Virus record (IMG/VR): IMGVR_UViG_3300020469_000010
DNA: 64,000 bases
Reading direction: 5' to 3' (one strand)
Source: a virus
Shown one piece after another: positions 38,075 through 45,283 of this stretch. A program made the translations under genes and the position numbers. Every line of letters starts with the position of its first letter. Position 1 is the stretch's first letter. The notes under the pieces were generated by a model that had not been told where the DNA came from, made no database searches, and saw only the letters and a list, made by a program, of their open reading frames with translations.

Positions 38075-38281
38075 ATGGAGTTCAAAGTAACAGAAATCAA
38101 ATTCGATTTTGATGATGCAATGACAGATGAATCAATCACTAATGAATACAAACGAGAGGTGACTGATGAAACTATTGGACATATTTGGAATGCAGATGAT
38201 GGGGAAGATCTCATTGAAGAGATCACAACTGTAACTGGTTGGTGTATTAACTCTATTGACTTTTACCATATTTTGCGTTAA
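38075..38281 (+). CDS. hypothetical acidic protein
   Basis: FKVTEIKFDF..DLIEEIT..TGWCI. Confidence 0.7.
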   Translation: MEFKVTEIKFDFDDAMTDESITNEYKREVTDETIGHIWNADDGEDLIEEITTVTGWCINSIDFYHILR

Positions 38282-38287
38282 GAATAA

Positions 38288-38375
38288 ACCAGTTGTCTAA
38301 GTGGCACAAGACCTGTTGCTGCTGCCTCGTTTTCATGTATTATTAAAGAGTCAAAGGAACAGCAACTCTCCCATC
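38288..38375 (+). promoter_or_regulatory. early-cassette repeat (copy 11)
   Basis: ACCAGTT..AAGTGGCAC; exact 22-nt core. Confidence 0.85.
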
Positions 38376-38615
38376 ATGAAAAACTTTATTTGTGCTTACT
38401 TTGGTTCTGACTGGACTATCACCACCCGCGGGTTCTCCAGTGCAAGACAGGCAGAAAAACATGGTCTTTATATGATGCCTACTGCTGGCATTTTTGGGTT
38501 TGCTGTTATTGAAGAGAATACCTCTTCTTGGGATGTAAATTGGGATCGCAGCATTTTATCGGGTAAAGAGACAATAACTTTAACTAATTTTGGCAATTTT
38601 GAAGTTTCTTTCTGA
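38376..38615 (+). CDS. hypothetical early protein
   Basis: MKNFICAYFG... after the repeat. Confidence 0.7.
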   Translation: MKNFICAYFGSDWTITTRGFSSARQAEKHGLYMMPTAGIFGFAVIEENTSSWDVNWDRSILSGKETITLTNFGNFEVSF

Positions 38616-38947
38616 TGCTTTTCACCTCTACTAAATCTCAACAAACCACCGAAATCATGAGTGCAACATCCAATCAAATTTTCTTTGTTCCTCTGTCTGA
38701 ATGTAAGAATCAAGTTATCACAATTTCATGGAAGTTTCCATATCATAAAATTATGAAAGCAGGGGAAGATTATGGTTTCTTTGTTGCTACTAAATCTCAA
38801 CCTTCTGCACCTACTATACTTAAGAATCGTACTTGGGGATACAAACGTGCACAATACAAAGGTTTAAATGGATGGTATATTTACGTCAAGCAATTTACAA
38901 ATAATTTTAATCCCGAGGATTATGTTTATATCGCATCAGGATCATAA
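38615..38947 (+). CDS. hypothetical protein
   Basis: 110 aa; N-terminus duplicated in the next gene. Confidence 0.6.
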   Translation: MLFTSTKSQQTTEIMSATSNQIFFVPLSECKNQVITISWKFPYHKIMKAGEDYGFFVATKSQPSAPTILKNRTWGYKRAQYKGLNGWYIYVKQFTNNFNPEDYVYIASGS

Positions 38948-38971
38948 TTATTCCTCTATTTTTTCTTTCTG

Positions 38972-39304
38972 ATGTTATTCACCTCTGGCAAATCTCAACA
39001 TACTCATTTAACTCAGAGTGTGTTTGAGTTCTTTACAACCAAATATCGTGTTGATAGTGATGTTGAGGTTTATCACACTGACTTAAGTGATGATAATGCC
39101 TTTGGATTTACTGAGGTTAATGGTGATGAACAATTCATCCAGATTCATAACAAATTAAGTGAAAAAGATTATATCACCACATTGATTCACGAATTGGTTC
39201 ATGTAGTACAGAATGAGCAAGGAATTACTGCGGATGATATAAGAGAAGATCAAGCATATCACATGGAAAAAGTGTTATTTAAGGGATGGTGTGCCAGTCG
39301 ATAA
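38972..39304 (+). CDS. zincin-like metallopeptidase
   Basis: TLIHELVHVVQ (HExxH)..REDQAY. Confidence 0.75.
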   Translation: MLFTSGKSQHTHLTQSVFEFFTTKYRVDSDVEVYHTDLSDDNAFGFTEVNGDEQFIQIHNKLSEKDYITTLIHELVHVVQNEQGITADDIREDQAYHMEKVLFKGWCASR

Positions 39305-39373
39305 GGTGTCCACTTTTGGTTGATCTGCCTTCGTTTTCATGTATTATTAAAGAGTCAAAGGAACACACCTCAC
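39290..39373 (+). promoter_or_regulatory. early-cassette repeat (copy 12)
   Basis: GTGCCAGTC..AGGTGTCCAC, TTGATC; exact 22-nt core. Confidence 0.85.
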
Positions 39374-39571
39374 ATGACCACCAAAGTTAATTACAATCAA
39401 GTCAAAGAAATGTTTGACAAAGTTGTTACTGATGGTCGGTGGACTTACAATGTAAGTGATTACAAAATGGGTTGTGATGCTTATTACCTTTGGTGCCACG
39501 AAGATCAGAATTTTTATTATACTGATTATACTGCATTTCATGCACTATTTGAAGTGATTGGTAATCGTTAA
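39374..39571 (+). CDS. hypothetical early protein
   Basis: ATG follows the repeat RBS. Confidence 0.7.
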   Translation: MTTKVNYNQVKEMFDKVVTDGRWTYNVSDYKMGCDAYYLWCHEDQNFYYTDYTAFHALFEVIGNR

Positions 39572-39614
39572 AAGTAACATTTTTCTCTCTTTAAACCTTT
39601 TCTTCTCTTAACAA

Positions 39615-39821
39615 ATGTCCACTACTAAATCACAATCACTTATCGATGATGCTAAGTTTCTGAGTGCTATATACGGATTACAATCTTTTGTTTTGGATAC
39701 AAATGCCGATTTAGATGCAGCATACGATTGGATATGTGACATTGCAGAATGTGATACATTTGTAGCAGATGATCAGGCATGGGATATTTTTTATGATACT
39801 TACCAATATGCAGTATCATAA
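39615..39821 (+). CDS. hypothetical acidic protein
   Basis: 68-aa ORF. Confidence 0.65.
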   Translation: MSTTKSQSLIDDAKFLSAIYGLQSFVLDTNADLDAAYDWICDIAECDTFVADDQAWDIFYDTYQYAVS

Positions 39822-39860
39822 TTCGACCTAAATTAGTCTACTTGTTCACTATTCCATCCA

Positions 39861-40052
39861 ATGTTAAATCTTGACACATTATCACAAAATGAATTAGAAG
39901 CACTTTCAGAAGATTGTGAGGATTATCTGATCCACAGATATATTCCCTTGACATCACATTCGTATTCAAGTATTATTAACCAAGCAATTAAAGAGGGTTA
40001 TCAAATTGAAAAGTTCGACCGTTTCGTTCACCAAAGTCAAACTAACTCCTGA
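39861..40052 (+). CDS. hypothetical protein
   Basis: 63-aa ORF. Confidence 0.65.
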   Translation: MLNLDTLSQNELEALSEDCEDYLIHRYIPLTSHSYSSIINQAIKEGYQIEKFDRFVHQSQTNS

Positions 40053-40294
40053 TGAGTTAAATGTATTGATGACGGCACTTCAGTTAATGACTATTGAAGA
40101 GCAACGTGAATGTGAGGAACAATTTGGTATCAAAGTTCCTGCCTTGTTTAACAAACTCATTTCTAATTACGAATCATGAAATCTGAAAAACTGCATGAAC
40201 TTGATGTTGCTGATCTTGAACAATTCCTTGAGGTATGTGAGATTGAAGCAGCACGATATGAGATAACTGTTGATTATTACATTGCAGAGTTTCT

Positions 40295-40501
40295 ATGAAC
40301 AGTGAAGATCTAAGGCAGGAACTTAGGGTTTGGTTCTTATCATGTTTAAATTCAGGATTAGAACCAATTCGTATCTATGAGATGCTATTATCTGAGTCAA
40401 AAGTATTAAAAGACCAAGCACTTGATGATTATGAAAAAACTAGTGAGATTCATGATTTTTTAATTGGTAACTTATCACCAGATGACCCAGACTTTAATTA
40501 A
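40295..40501 (+). CDS. hypothetical protein
   Basis: 68-aa ORF. Confidence 0.6.
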   Translation: MNSEDLRQELRVWFLSCLNSGLEPIRIYEMLLSESKVLKDQALDDYEKTSEIHDFLIGNLSPDDPDFN

Positions 40502-40805
40502 CTTAGATTTTCCTCATAATCCACCTGAGGGTTATTCTTATCAATTCAAACAACACAATGCTTCCACTATTTCGATTTGGTTATTACATCATCGTCGGTA
40601 TGTTTTTCATAACAGTGATGCAAGTATTTCAACCATCTGGGGATTTTGCAAAAGAAAACATGGAAAGAAAGGAAGCAGTTCGACGACTTATTTCTCCCCC
40701 ATCAACTCAAATAAGATAGGTAAAGAGGTGTCAATAGATGATACCTCTCCCTATACTGCAATGCAACTTAATCTTAATCCTCTTGAACTTGCTCTGTACG
40801 GATGA
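40482..40805 (+). CDS. conserved cyanophage hypothetical protein
   Basis: FPHNPPEGYSY..SIWL..TIWGF..TSPYTAMQLNLNPLE; start uncertain. Confidence 0.7.
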   Translation: MTQTLINLDFPHNPPEGYSYQFKQHNASTISIWLLHHRRYVFHNSDASISTIWGFCKRKHGKKGSSSTTYFSPINSNKIGKEVSIDDTSPYTAMQLNLNPLELALYG

Positions 40806-40961
40806 TGGAAATCGGAACAATTATAGAGTATAATGGTCACATTGGACCGATTAAGTTCATGAATGAATTTTCCATTACTTTTACAGTTGCCGAAAATCCT
40901 AGTACATTAAGAGAGGTAAATATGGTTATCTACAACCATTCTTTTGATAAGATTATAGTAC

Positions 40962-41492
40962 ATGATTAACAAAGATATTAAAGTATGTGATAATTTCTGT
41001 GATGAAGAAGTATTCAATAATTTTTGTGAATTATTAGACTCAGAAGATTTTACTTGGTCTTATGATCCAAGTTCTGTCGGTGATGGTGACAACTTTCCCC
41101 AATTAGTTCACCTATTCTTTTGTGCTGAATCACTTAAACCATGTTCTCTCTGGTATGATAATGTTATCGATTTAATCCAAGAATCTAACATTCAAACCGT
41201 GGGAAGAATAAAACTTAATGGAACTTTTAAAGAAGATAAACTTAAAGCTAAAAGATTTCATAGAGATTTTCATTGGAACATTGGTGATTCTGATCTTTCT
41301 CACTTGCGAATTATGATCCTTCATCTTAACACTAATAACGGATATACTCTAATTAAAGATACTGATGATGAGATATATCGTATAAAAAGTGTTGCTAATA
41401 GAGCAATAATGTTCCCTAATTCTTATTATCATGCAGGAACTAATTGCACTGATGAACCATTAAGGAAGGTTTTAAATGTGGTCTATTCTTAA
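40962..41492 (+). CDS. 2OG-Fe(II) oxygenase-like
   Basis: FHRD, LNTNNGYT, SVANRAIMFP..YHAG, RKVLNVVY. Confidence 0.75.
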   Translation: MINKDIKVCDNFCDEEVFNNFCELLDSEDFTWSYDPSSVGDGDNFPQLVHLFFCAESLKPCSLWYDNVIDLIQESNIQTVGRIKLNGTFKEDKLKAKRFHRDFHWNIGDSDLSHLRIMILHLNTNNGYTLIKDTDDEIYRIKSVANRAIMFPNSYYHAGTNCTDEPLRKVLNVVYS

Positions 41493-41706
41493 ACACTTAT
41501 GGATAGTATGGAAGTATTCATTAGGATCATTCTCTGATGACAAAACTAACAACTATGATAATTACATTGCATTACTCAGGACCATAATCTTTATCTCTTA
41601 TCTTATTACTAATTGCTTTATTATTGCAGGAGTTATCCGACACTATGACAATGAACAAATTCAGTGTGATATACAAGAAAGAAAAGAAGTCGGGGTATTG
41701 GAGTAA
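41476..41706 (+). CDS. small membrane-associated conserved protein
   Basis: WKYSLGSFSD.KT..YDN..LITNCFIIAGVIRH. Confidence 0.65.
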   Translation: MWSILKHLWIVWKYSLGSFSDDKTNNYDNYIALLRTIIFISYLITNCFIIAGVIRHYDNEQIQCDIQERKEVGVLE

Positions 41707-41961
41707 ACAAGAGGCAACATTCTTTGATATAAGAGATGCTATGCTCTGGGAACGACATGTAAAGGAATTAGGGTGCAAAAACATTGAAATTGTACCATTA
41801 TTCAATTAAAAATGTATTTAAAAACATATATGAGAGTTTCTTAACAACCTGTGGAAAACCCTGTGGAATACCTTCGGAGATACTTCACAGGGTCTTGAGA
41901 GTAACTTTGAAGCACTTTTATGCCTTATTAAATACCTCAACTTATAGTGATCTTAACCCGC

Positions 41962-41990
41962 AGTCTACCGAATTTTTTCTGTTTTGTCAA
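41962..41990 (-). promoter_or_regulatory. minus-strand sigma70-type promoter
   Basis: Reverse complement reads TTGACA-17-TAGACT. Confidence 0.6.
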
Positions 41991-42052
41991 CACCGAAGGA
42001 AAAAAATTTCATAACCCTGACATAAATACTTCTTATGATTTCGATTCTTCTA

Positions 42053-42081
42053 TTGACAGAAGGACTGAAATGCCATATAAT
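42053..42081 (+). promoter_or_regulatory. consensus sigma70-type promoter
   Basis: TTGACA-17-TATAAT. Confidence 0.85.
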
Positions 42082-42110
42082 AACAAAGAACTCAAATCAC
42101 CAGCAGAACA

Positions 42111-42278
42111 ATGCCTTACGCACAAAAGACAAAGTATCGCATCACTCTAGAGATTGAAGCAATGGATGATTTTAATCCTCATCAAATTGACTGGGAAAAG
42201 TTATTTGAATTGCAAGGAGGAGAGAAGGTCGAAAGTTATGTCGAAGACCTGTCTGTAAAGTATGATTATCTCTGGTGA
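42111..42278 (+). CDS. small conserved protein (55 aa, not in the ORF track)
   Basis: MPYAQKTKYRITLEIEAMDDFNPHQIDWEKLFEL..VESYVEDL. Confidence 0.7.
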   Translation: MPYAQKTKYRITLEIEAMDDFNPHQIDWEKLFELQGGEKVESYVEDLSVKYDYLW

Positions 42279-42297
42279 GTTACTATAAAGAAACCTT

Positions 42298-42382
42298 GTG
42301 CCAGTCATCAAAGTGGCACAGGGTAGGTTGTGTGGGGTCGGTTTTCGTGTATTATTAAAGAGTCAAAGGAAAGCAACCACCC
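42298..42382 (+). promoter_or_regulatory. early-cassette repeat (copy 13)
   Basis: GTGCCA-GTCATCAAAG-TGGCAC; exact 22-nt core. Confidence 0.85.
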
Positions 42383-42727
42383 ATGCGTAAGATCGAAACC
42401 CTGATGAACGCAGCAATCCAGGATAACAAAAACTGGTCTTCAGGGAACACAATGGTAAAAACAGATGATGCAAATGTTTCTCGTGTTTATCTGCATGGAA
42501 ATCATATTGCAACAATCGATGATGATTCAATGATGATCATGGATGGTGGTTGGCAGTCCAATACAACTAAGAGCAGACTGAATGCACTTTGCTCGGAGTT
42601 TTGTGTTGTCGGTGAGCATGTTTTCCAGAAAGATTTTGTCTGGTATGTAAGAAAGTTCGTCGGTGCGATTAACGGCAAAAATGTATACAAGACTGAAGAA
42701 TTCCACAGTGGTTACACATTCGCCTGA
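42383..42727 (+). CDS. conserved phage early hypothetical protein
   Basis: MRKIE..VYLHGNHIA..GGWQSNTTKSRLNAL. Confidence 0.8.
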   Translation: MRKIETLMNAAIQDNKNWSSGNTMVKTDDANVSRVYLHGNHIATIDDDSMMIMDGGWQSNTTKSRLNALCSEFCVVGEHVFQKDFVWYVRKFVGAINGKNVYKTEEFHSGYTFA

Positions 42728-42749
42728 TCACCTTAACTAACACAAACTC

Positions 42750-42953
42750 ATGCCTGACAACATCATCGACCGGGACAAACTTCAGCAGAATCTAATTGAT
42801 CAGATTCTAGATGACATGGATCTCAAAACATTAATGCAATTAGTTGGTGATCAATTAGATGCAAATTATGATGATTATACCGTCGATGAACTTATTGCAG
42901 AAGTGGCAGAATACTATCCCGATCTTTTAGATCCTGAACTTTCAGATCATTAA
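42750..42953 (+). CDS. small acidic helical protein
   Basis: ILDDMDLKTL..EYYPDLL. Confidence 0.7.
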   Translation: MPDNIIDRDKLQQNLIDQILDDMDLKTLMQLVGDQLDANYDDYTVDELIAEVAEYYPDLLDPELSDH

Positions 42954-43019
42954 TTACATATAGACCTGAGTTATGTCTATAAACTAATTCATCACTAACT
43001 AACACTTTTCTATCTTATC

Positions 43020-43112
43020 ATGACTCGTCAAATTGCTCTCGGAATGCTTGCTCAAGGTAACACTGGTGCAGAACTTCTGCAGATCCTGGAACTTATTCAG
43101 GAGGGTCTCTGA
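43020..43112 (+). CDS. 30-aa peptide (not in the ORF track)
   Basis: MTRQIALGMLAQGNTGAELLQILELIQEGL, immediately before a terminator. Confidence 0.55.
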   Translation: MTRQIALGMLAQGNTGAELLQILELIQEGL

Positions 43113-43120
43113 TTAACATT

Positions 43121-43145
43121 GAGGGCAGTTCATTCTGCCCTCTTT
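43121..43145 (+). terminator. intrinsic terminator-like hairpin ending the early region
   Basis: GAGGGCAG-TTCATT-CTGCCCTC-TTT. Confidence 0.65.
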
Positions 43146-43146
43146 G

Positions 43147-43175
43147 AGTATAGCATAGATTTATTCGTGCGTCAA
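43147..43175 (-). promoter_or_regulatory. minus-strand sigma70-type promoter with extended -10
   Basis: Reverse complement reads TTGACG-17-TATACT with TGc before the -10. Confidence 0.6.
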
Positions 43176-43398
43176 CAGCAGTCGTCGTTATTATGGGGGC
43201 CGGTTATAAAAAAGCATAGAGACCCTAACCTACAGAGGTGACAATTCGACTTCGATATAACACTTAGAAAAAAAATTCCGAGAATAAAAAATGACCCTCA
43301 GAGGTTTTCTAAAAGGGGTCTCCAGAAAGTTGCATATATAATTCGTCGATGGGTTTCAGAATCCGTCAAAAAATTTTCAGTAAAAAAATGGTTCCACA

Positions 43399-43590
43399 AT
43401 GGAAAAACTATATCATATCTACGCAGGAACGCAATGTATATTTGCAAACATCAATGAAGAAGAATTCAAGACTACTTGGAATACAGTGAAGGGTATTGTT
43501 GGATTAATGCAAACGAACTATACTGAATCTGACTTATCTTATGAGGTAGTAACATACAATAGTCAAACAATGCAAGAAGCATCATATTGA
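43399..43590 (+). CDS. conserved cyanophage hypothetical protein
   Basis: YHIYA..CIFANINEEEF..DLSYE. Confidence 0.7.
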   Translation: MEKLYHIYAGTQCIFANINEEEFKTTWNTVKGIVGLMQTNYTESDLSYEVVTYNSQTMQEASY

Positions 43591-43606
43591 CCTATATATA
43601 GACAAC

Positions 43607-43635
43607 TTGACATTTTCACTAGACACTGATAAAAT
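43607..43635 (+). promoter_or_regulatory. sigma70-type promoter
   Basis: TTGACA-17-TAAAAT. Confidence 0.75.
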
Positions 43636-43658
43636 TGATCTGAGGTTATTCAAAAACT

Positions 43659-44432
43659 ATGGCAAAAGGATTTACTGTTAAGGCAAATGCACCAAAGAAA
43701 AAGAGTGCAGCTGCTGACTTTGATTACGAGGCAATTAAAGAACGAATGAAAGGTAAGAAGATTGTCTTCTGCTTACCTGGAAGAGGATGTTCATTCACTT
43801 TTCTCAAGAACTTTGTACAACTGTGCTTTGATCTAGTACAGAACAGCATGAGTATTCAGATCAGTCAGGATTACTCATCTATGGTCAACTTTGCTCGTTG
43901 TAAGGTACTTGGTGCTAATGTACTACGAGGACCCTCTCAGAAACCCTGGGACGGCAAACTAGAGTATGATTATCAACTATGGATTGATAGTGATATTGTA
44001 TTCAACACACAGAAGTTCTGGGAACTATGTGATAGTGCATTAGCTGCTGATGGTACAGAGAAGGAAGTAGTTGCAGGATGGTATCTCACTGAAGATGGTA
44101 AGACTTCTTCTGTTGCACACTGGTTAGAAGAGGATGATTTCCGTTCTAATGGAGGTGTAATGAACCATGAGACTATCGAAACCCTACCCAACCGTAAGAA
44201 ACCCTTTACAGTCGATTACACAGGGTTTGGATGGGTATTGATTAAGCATGGAGTATTTGAGAATCTAGAGTATCCCTGGTTTGCACCTAAGATGCAAGTC
44301 TTTGAATCTGGTGCAGTACAAGACATGTGTGGCGAAGATGTCTCATTCTGTCTTGATGCGAAGGAAGAAGGATATGAGATTTGGTGTGATCCACGCATTC
44401 GTGTCGGTCATGAAAAGACAAGGGTACTATGA
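43659..44432 (+). CDS. GT-A-fold glycosyltransferase-like protein
   Basis: LWIDSDIVF (DxD), TGFGWVLI, GEDVSFC, VGHEK. Confidence 0.75.
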   Translation: MAKGFTVKANAPKKKSAAADFDYEAIKERMKGKKIVFCLPGRGCSFTFLKNFVQLCFDLVQNSMSIQISQDYSSMVNFARCKVLGANVLRGPSQKPWDGKLEYDYQLWIDSDIVFNTQKFWELCDSALAADGTEKEVVAGWYLTEDGKTSSVAHWLEEDDFRSNGGVMNHETIETLPNRKKPFTVDYTGFGWVLIKHGVFENLEYPWFAPKMQVFESGAVQDMCGEDVSFCLDAKEEGYEIWCDPRIRVGHEKTRVL

Positions 44433-44587
44433 GTGACTTAAATATCTTTTATAAAGGCAGAAAGATCTATGCCAATGTAACTCATGAGGAAGCAGCAGAT
44501 ATTCTTCATGAGTTGGCATTAGAGAAATATGAAGAACAAAAAGATATTGACTTAAACGAATTAGAAATCATTTCAACTACGGAGTAA
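44429..44587 (+). CDS. small hypothetical protein (52 aa, not in the ORF track)
   Basis: MSDLNIFYKGRKIYANVTHEEA..; ATGA overlap with the upstream gene. Confidence 0.65.
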   Translation: MSDLNIFYKGRKIYANVTHEEAADILHELALEKYEEQKDIDLNELEIISTTE

Positions 44588-44594
44588 ATTTATC

Positions 44595-44747
44595 ATGGCA
44601 GTACGAGCAAAAGTAGGACTAGTAAAGGACGGTTTCTGGAAACCAGGAAAACCCAAGAATACCCGTCAAGGTTGTGGAAAGCATTCAAAGTTTGCTGCTA
44701 GTAGTGGTAATGCTGCGAAGAAGCGTTATCGTGGGCAAGGACGATAA
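44595..44747 (+). CDS. small basic protein ending KRYRGQGR (50 aa, not in the ORF track)
   Basis: GGAG RBS; PKNTRQG..KKRYRGQG. Confidence 0.7.
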   Translation: MAVRAKVGLVKDGFWKPGKPKNTRQGCGKHSKFAASSGNAAKKRYRGQGR

Positions 44748-44802
44748 GAGAGTTATAAAAAAACTCCGACCGCGTTTCTCTCTTCGAAAAAAACCACCGA
44801 AA

Positions 44803-44840
44803 AACCTCTCTGATCAAATAAGATTGGAGAGGTTCTTTTT
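44803..44840 (+). terminator. intrinsic terminator
   Basis: AACCTCTCTGATC..GATTGGAGAGGTT followed by CTTTTT. Confidence 0.65.
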
Positions 44841-44875
44841 ATGGATAAATAGGATGATAATACTTGTATATTTGA

Positions 44876-45283
44876 ATGCCTATACCAAAGTTAAGTAGAG
44901 GATTTTTGGATGCGAGTTTAACACTTAAAACAAATCCTTTAAGTAAAGATGTAGTCACTTTAAGAAATCAAGTTGCAATTTCAAGATCAGTTCGTAACTT
45001 AGTACTTACATTTACTGGTGAAAGATTTTTTCAACCTGATCTTGGGTGTCAAGTATATCGTCTTTTATTTGAGAATATTACCGAAATTATTGCTGACCAA
45101 ATTAAAGATGAAATTAGTAGAACCATTGCTCGTTATGAACCAAGAGTTGAATTAGTAAGGAATGGTGTTTCTGTAAATCCTGATTATGAAGGTAATGCAT
45201 ATAATGTAACAATTAAATATAATATTATTGGAGTTGAAGTAACTCCTGAAGAATTATCATTTGTACTACAATCAACAAGATAA
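44876..45283 (+). CDS. gp25: baseplate wedge subunit gp25
   Basis: SVRNLVLT..GERFFQPDLG..YEPRV; GATAAATA late-promoter-like motif upstream. Confidence 0.9.
   Translation: MPIPKLSRGFLDASLTLKTNPLSKDVVTLRNQVAISRSVRNLVLTFTGERFFQPDLGCQVYRLLFENITEIIADQIKDEISRTIARYEPRVELVRNGVSVNPDYEGNAYNVTIKYNIIGVEVTPEELSFVLQSTR

Noticed and set aside
37145-39373. Shared peptide HVLLKSQR at the start of track ORFs 37145, 38301 and 39320 (and FDSLIIHD on minus ORFs)
   Set aside because: Artefact of translating through the promoter repeat; the likely true starts are 37202, 38376 and 39374
40962-41492. Endonuclease V (denV) label, which I recall being applied to similar proteins
   Set aside because: The HxD...H...R pattern fits a 2OG-Fe(II) fold; no DenV motifs visible
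41784-42150. Track ORFs 41784..42014 and 41947..42150
   Set aside because: Non-ATG starts, no RBS, and they overlap promoters and hairpins; the region is better read as non-coding
29996-42382. Repeats as a CRISPR array
   Set aside because: Copies are 0.3-3 kb apart, enclose whole genes and contain promoter/RBS elements; no cas genes in the window
44674-44898. Track ORF of 74 aa
   Set aside because: Overlaps the better-supported 44595..44747 gene, a terminator and the gp25 start
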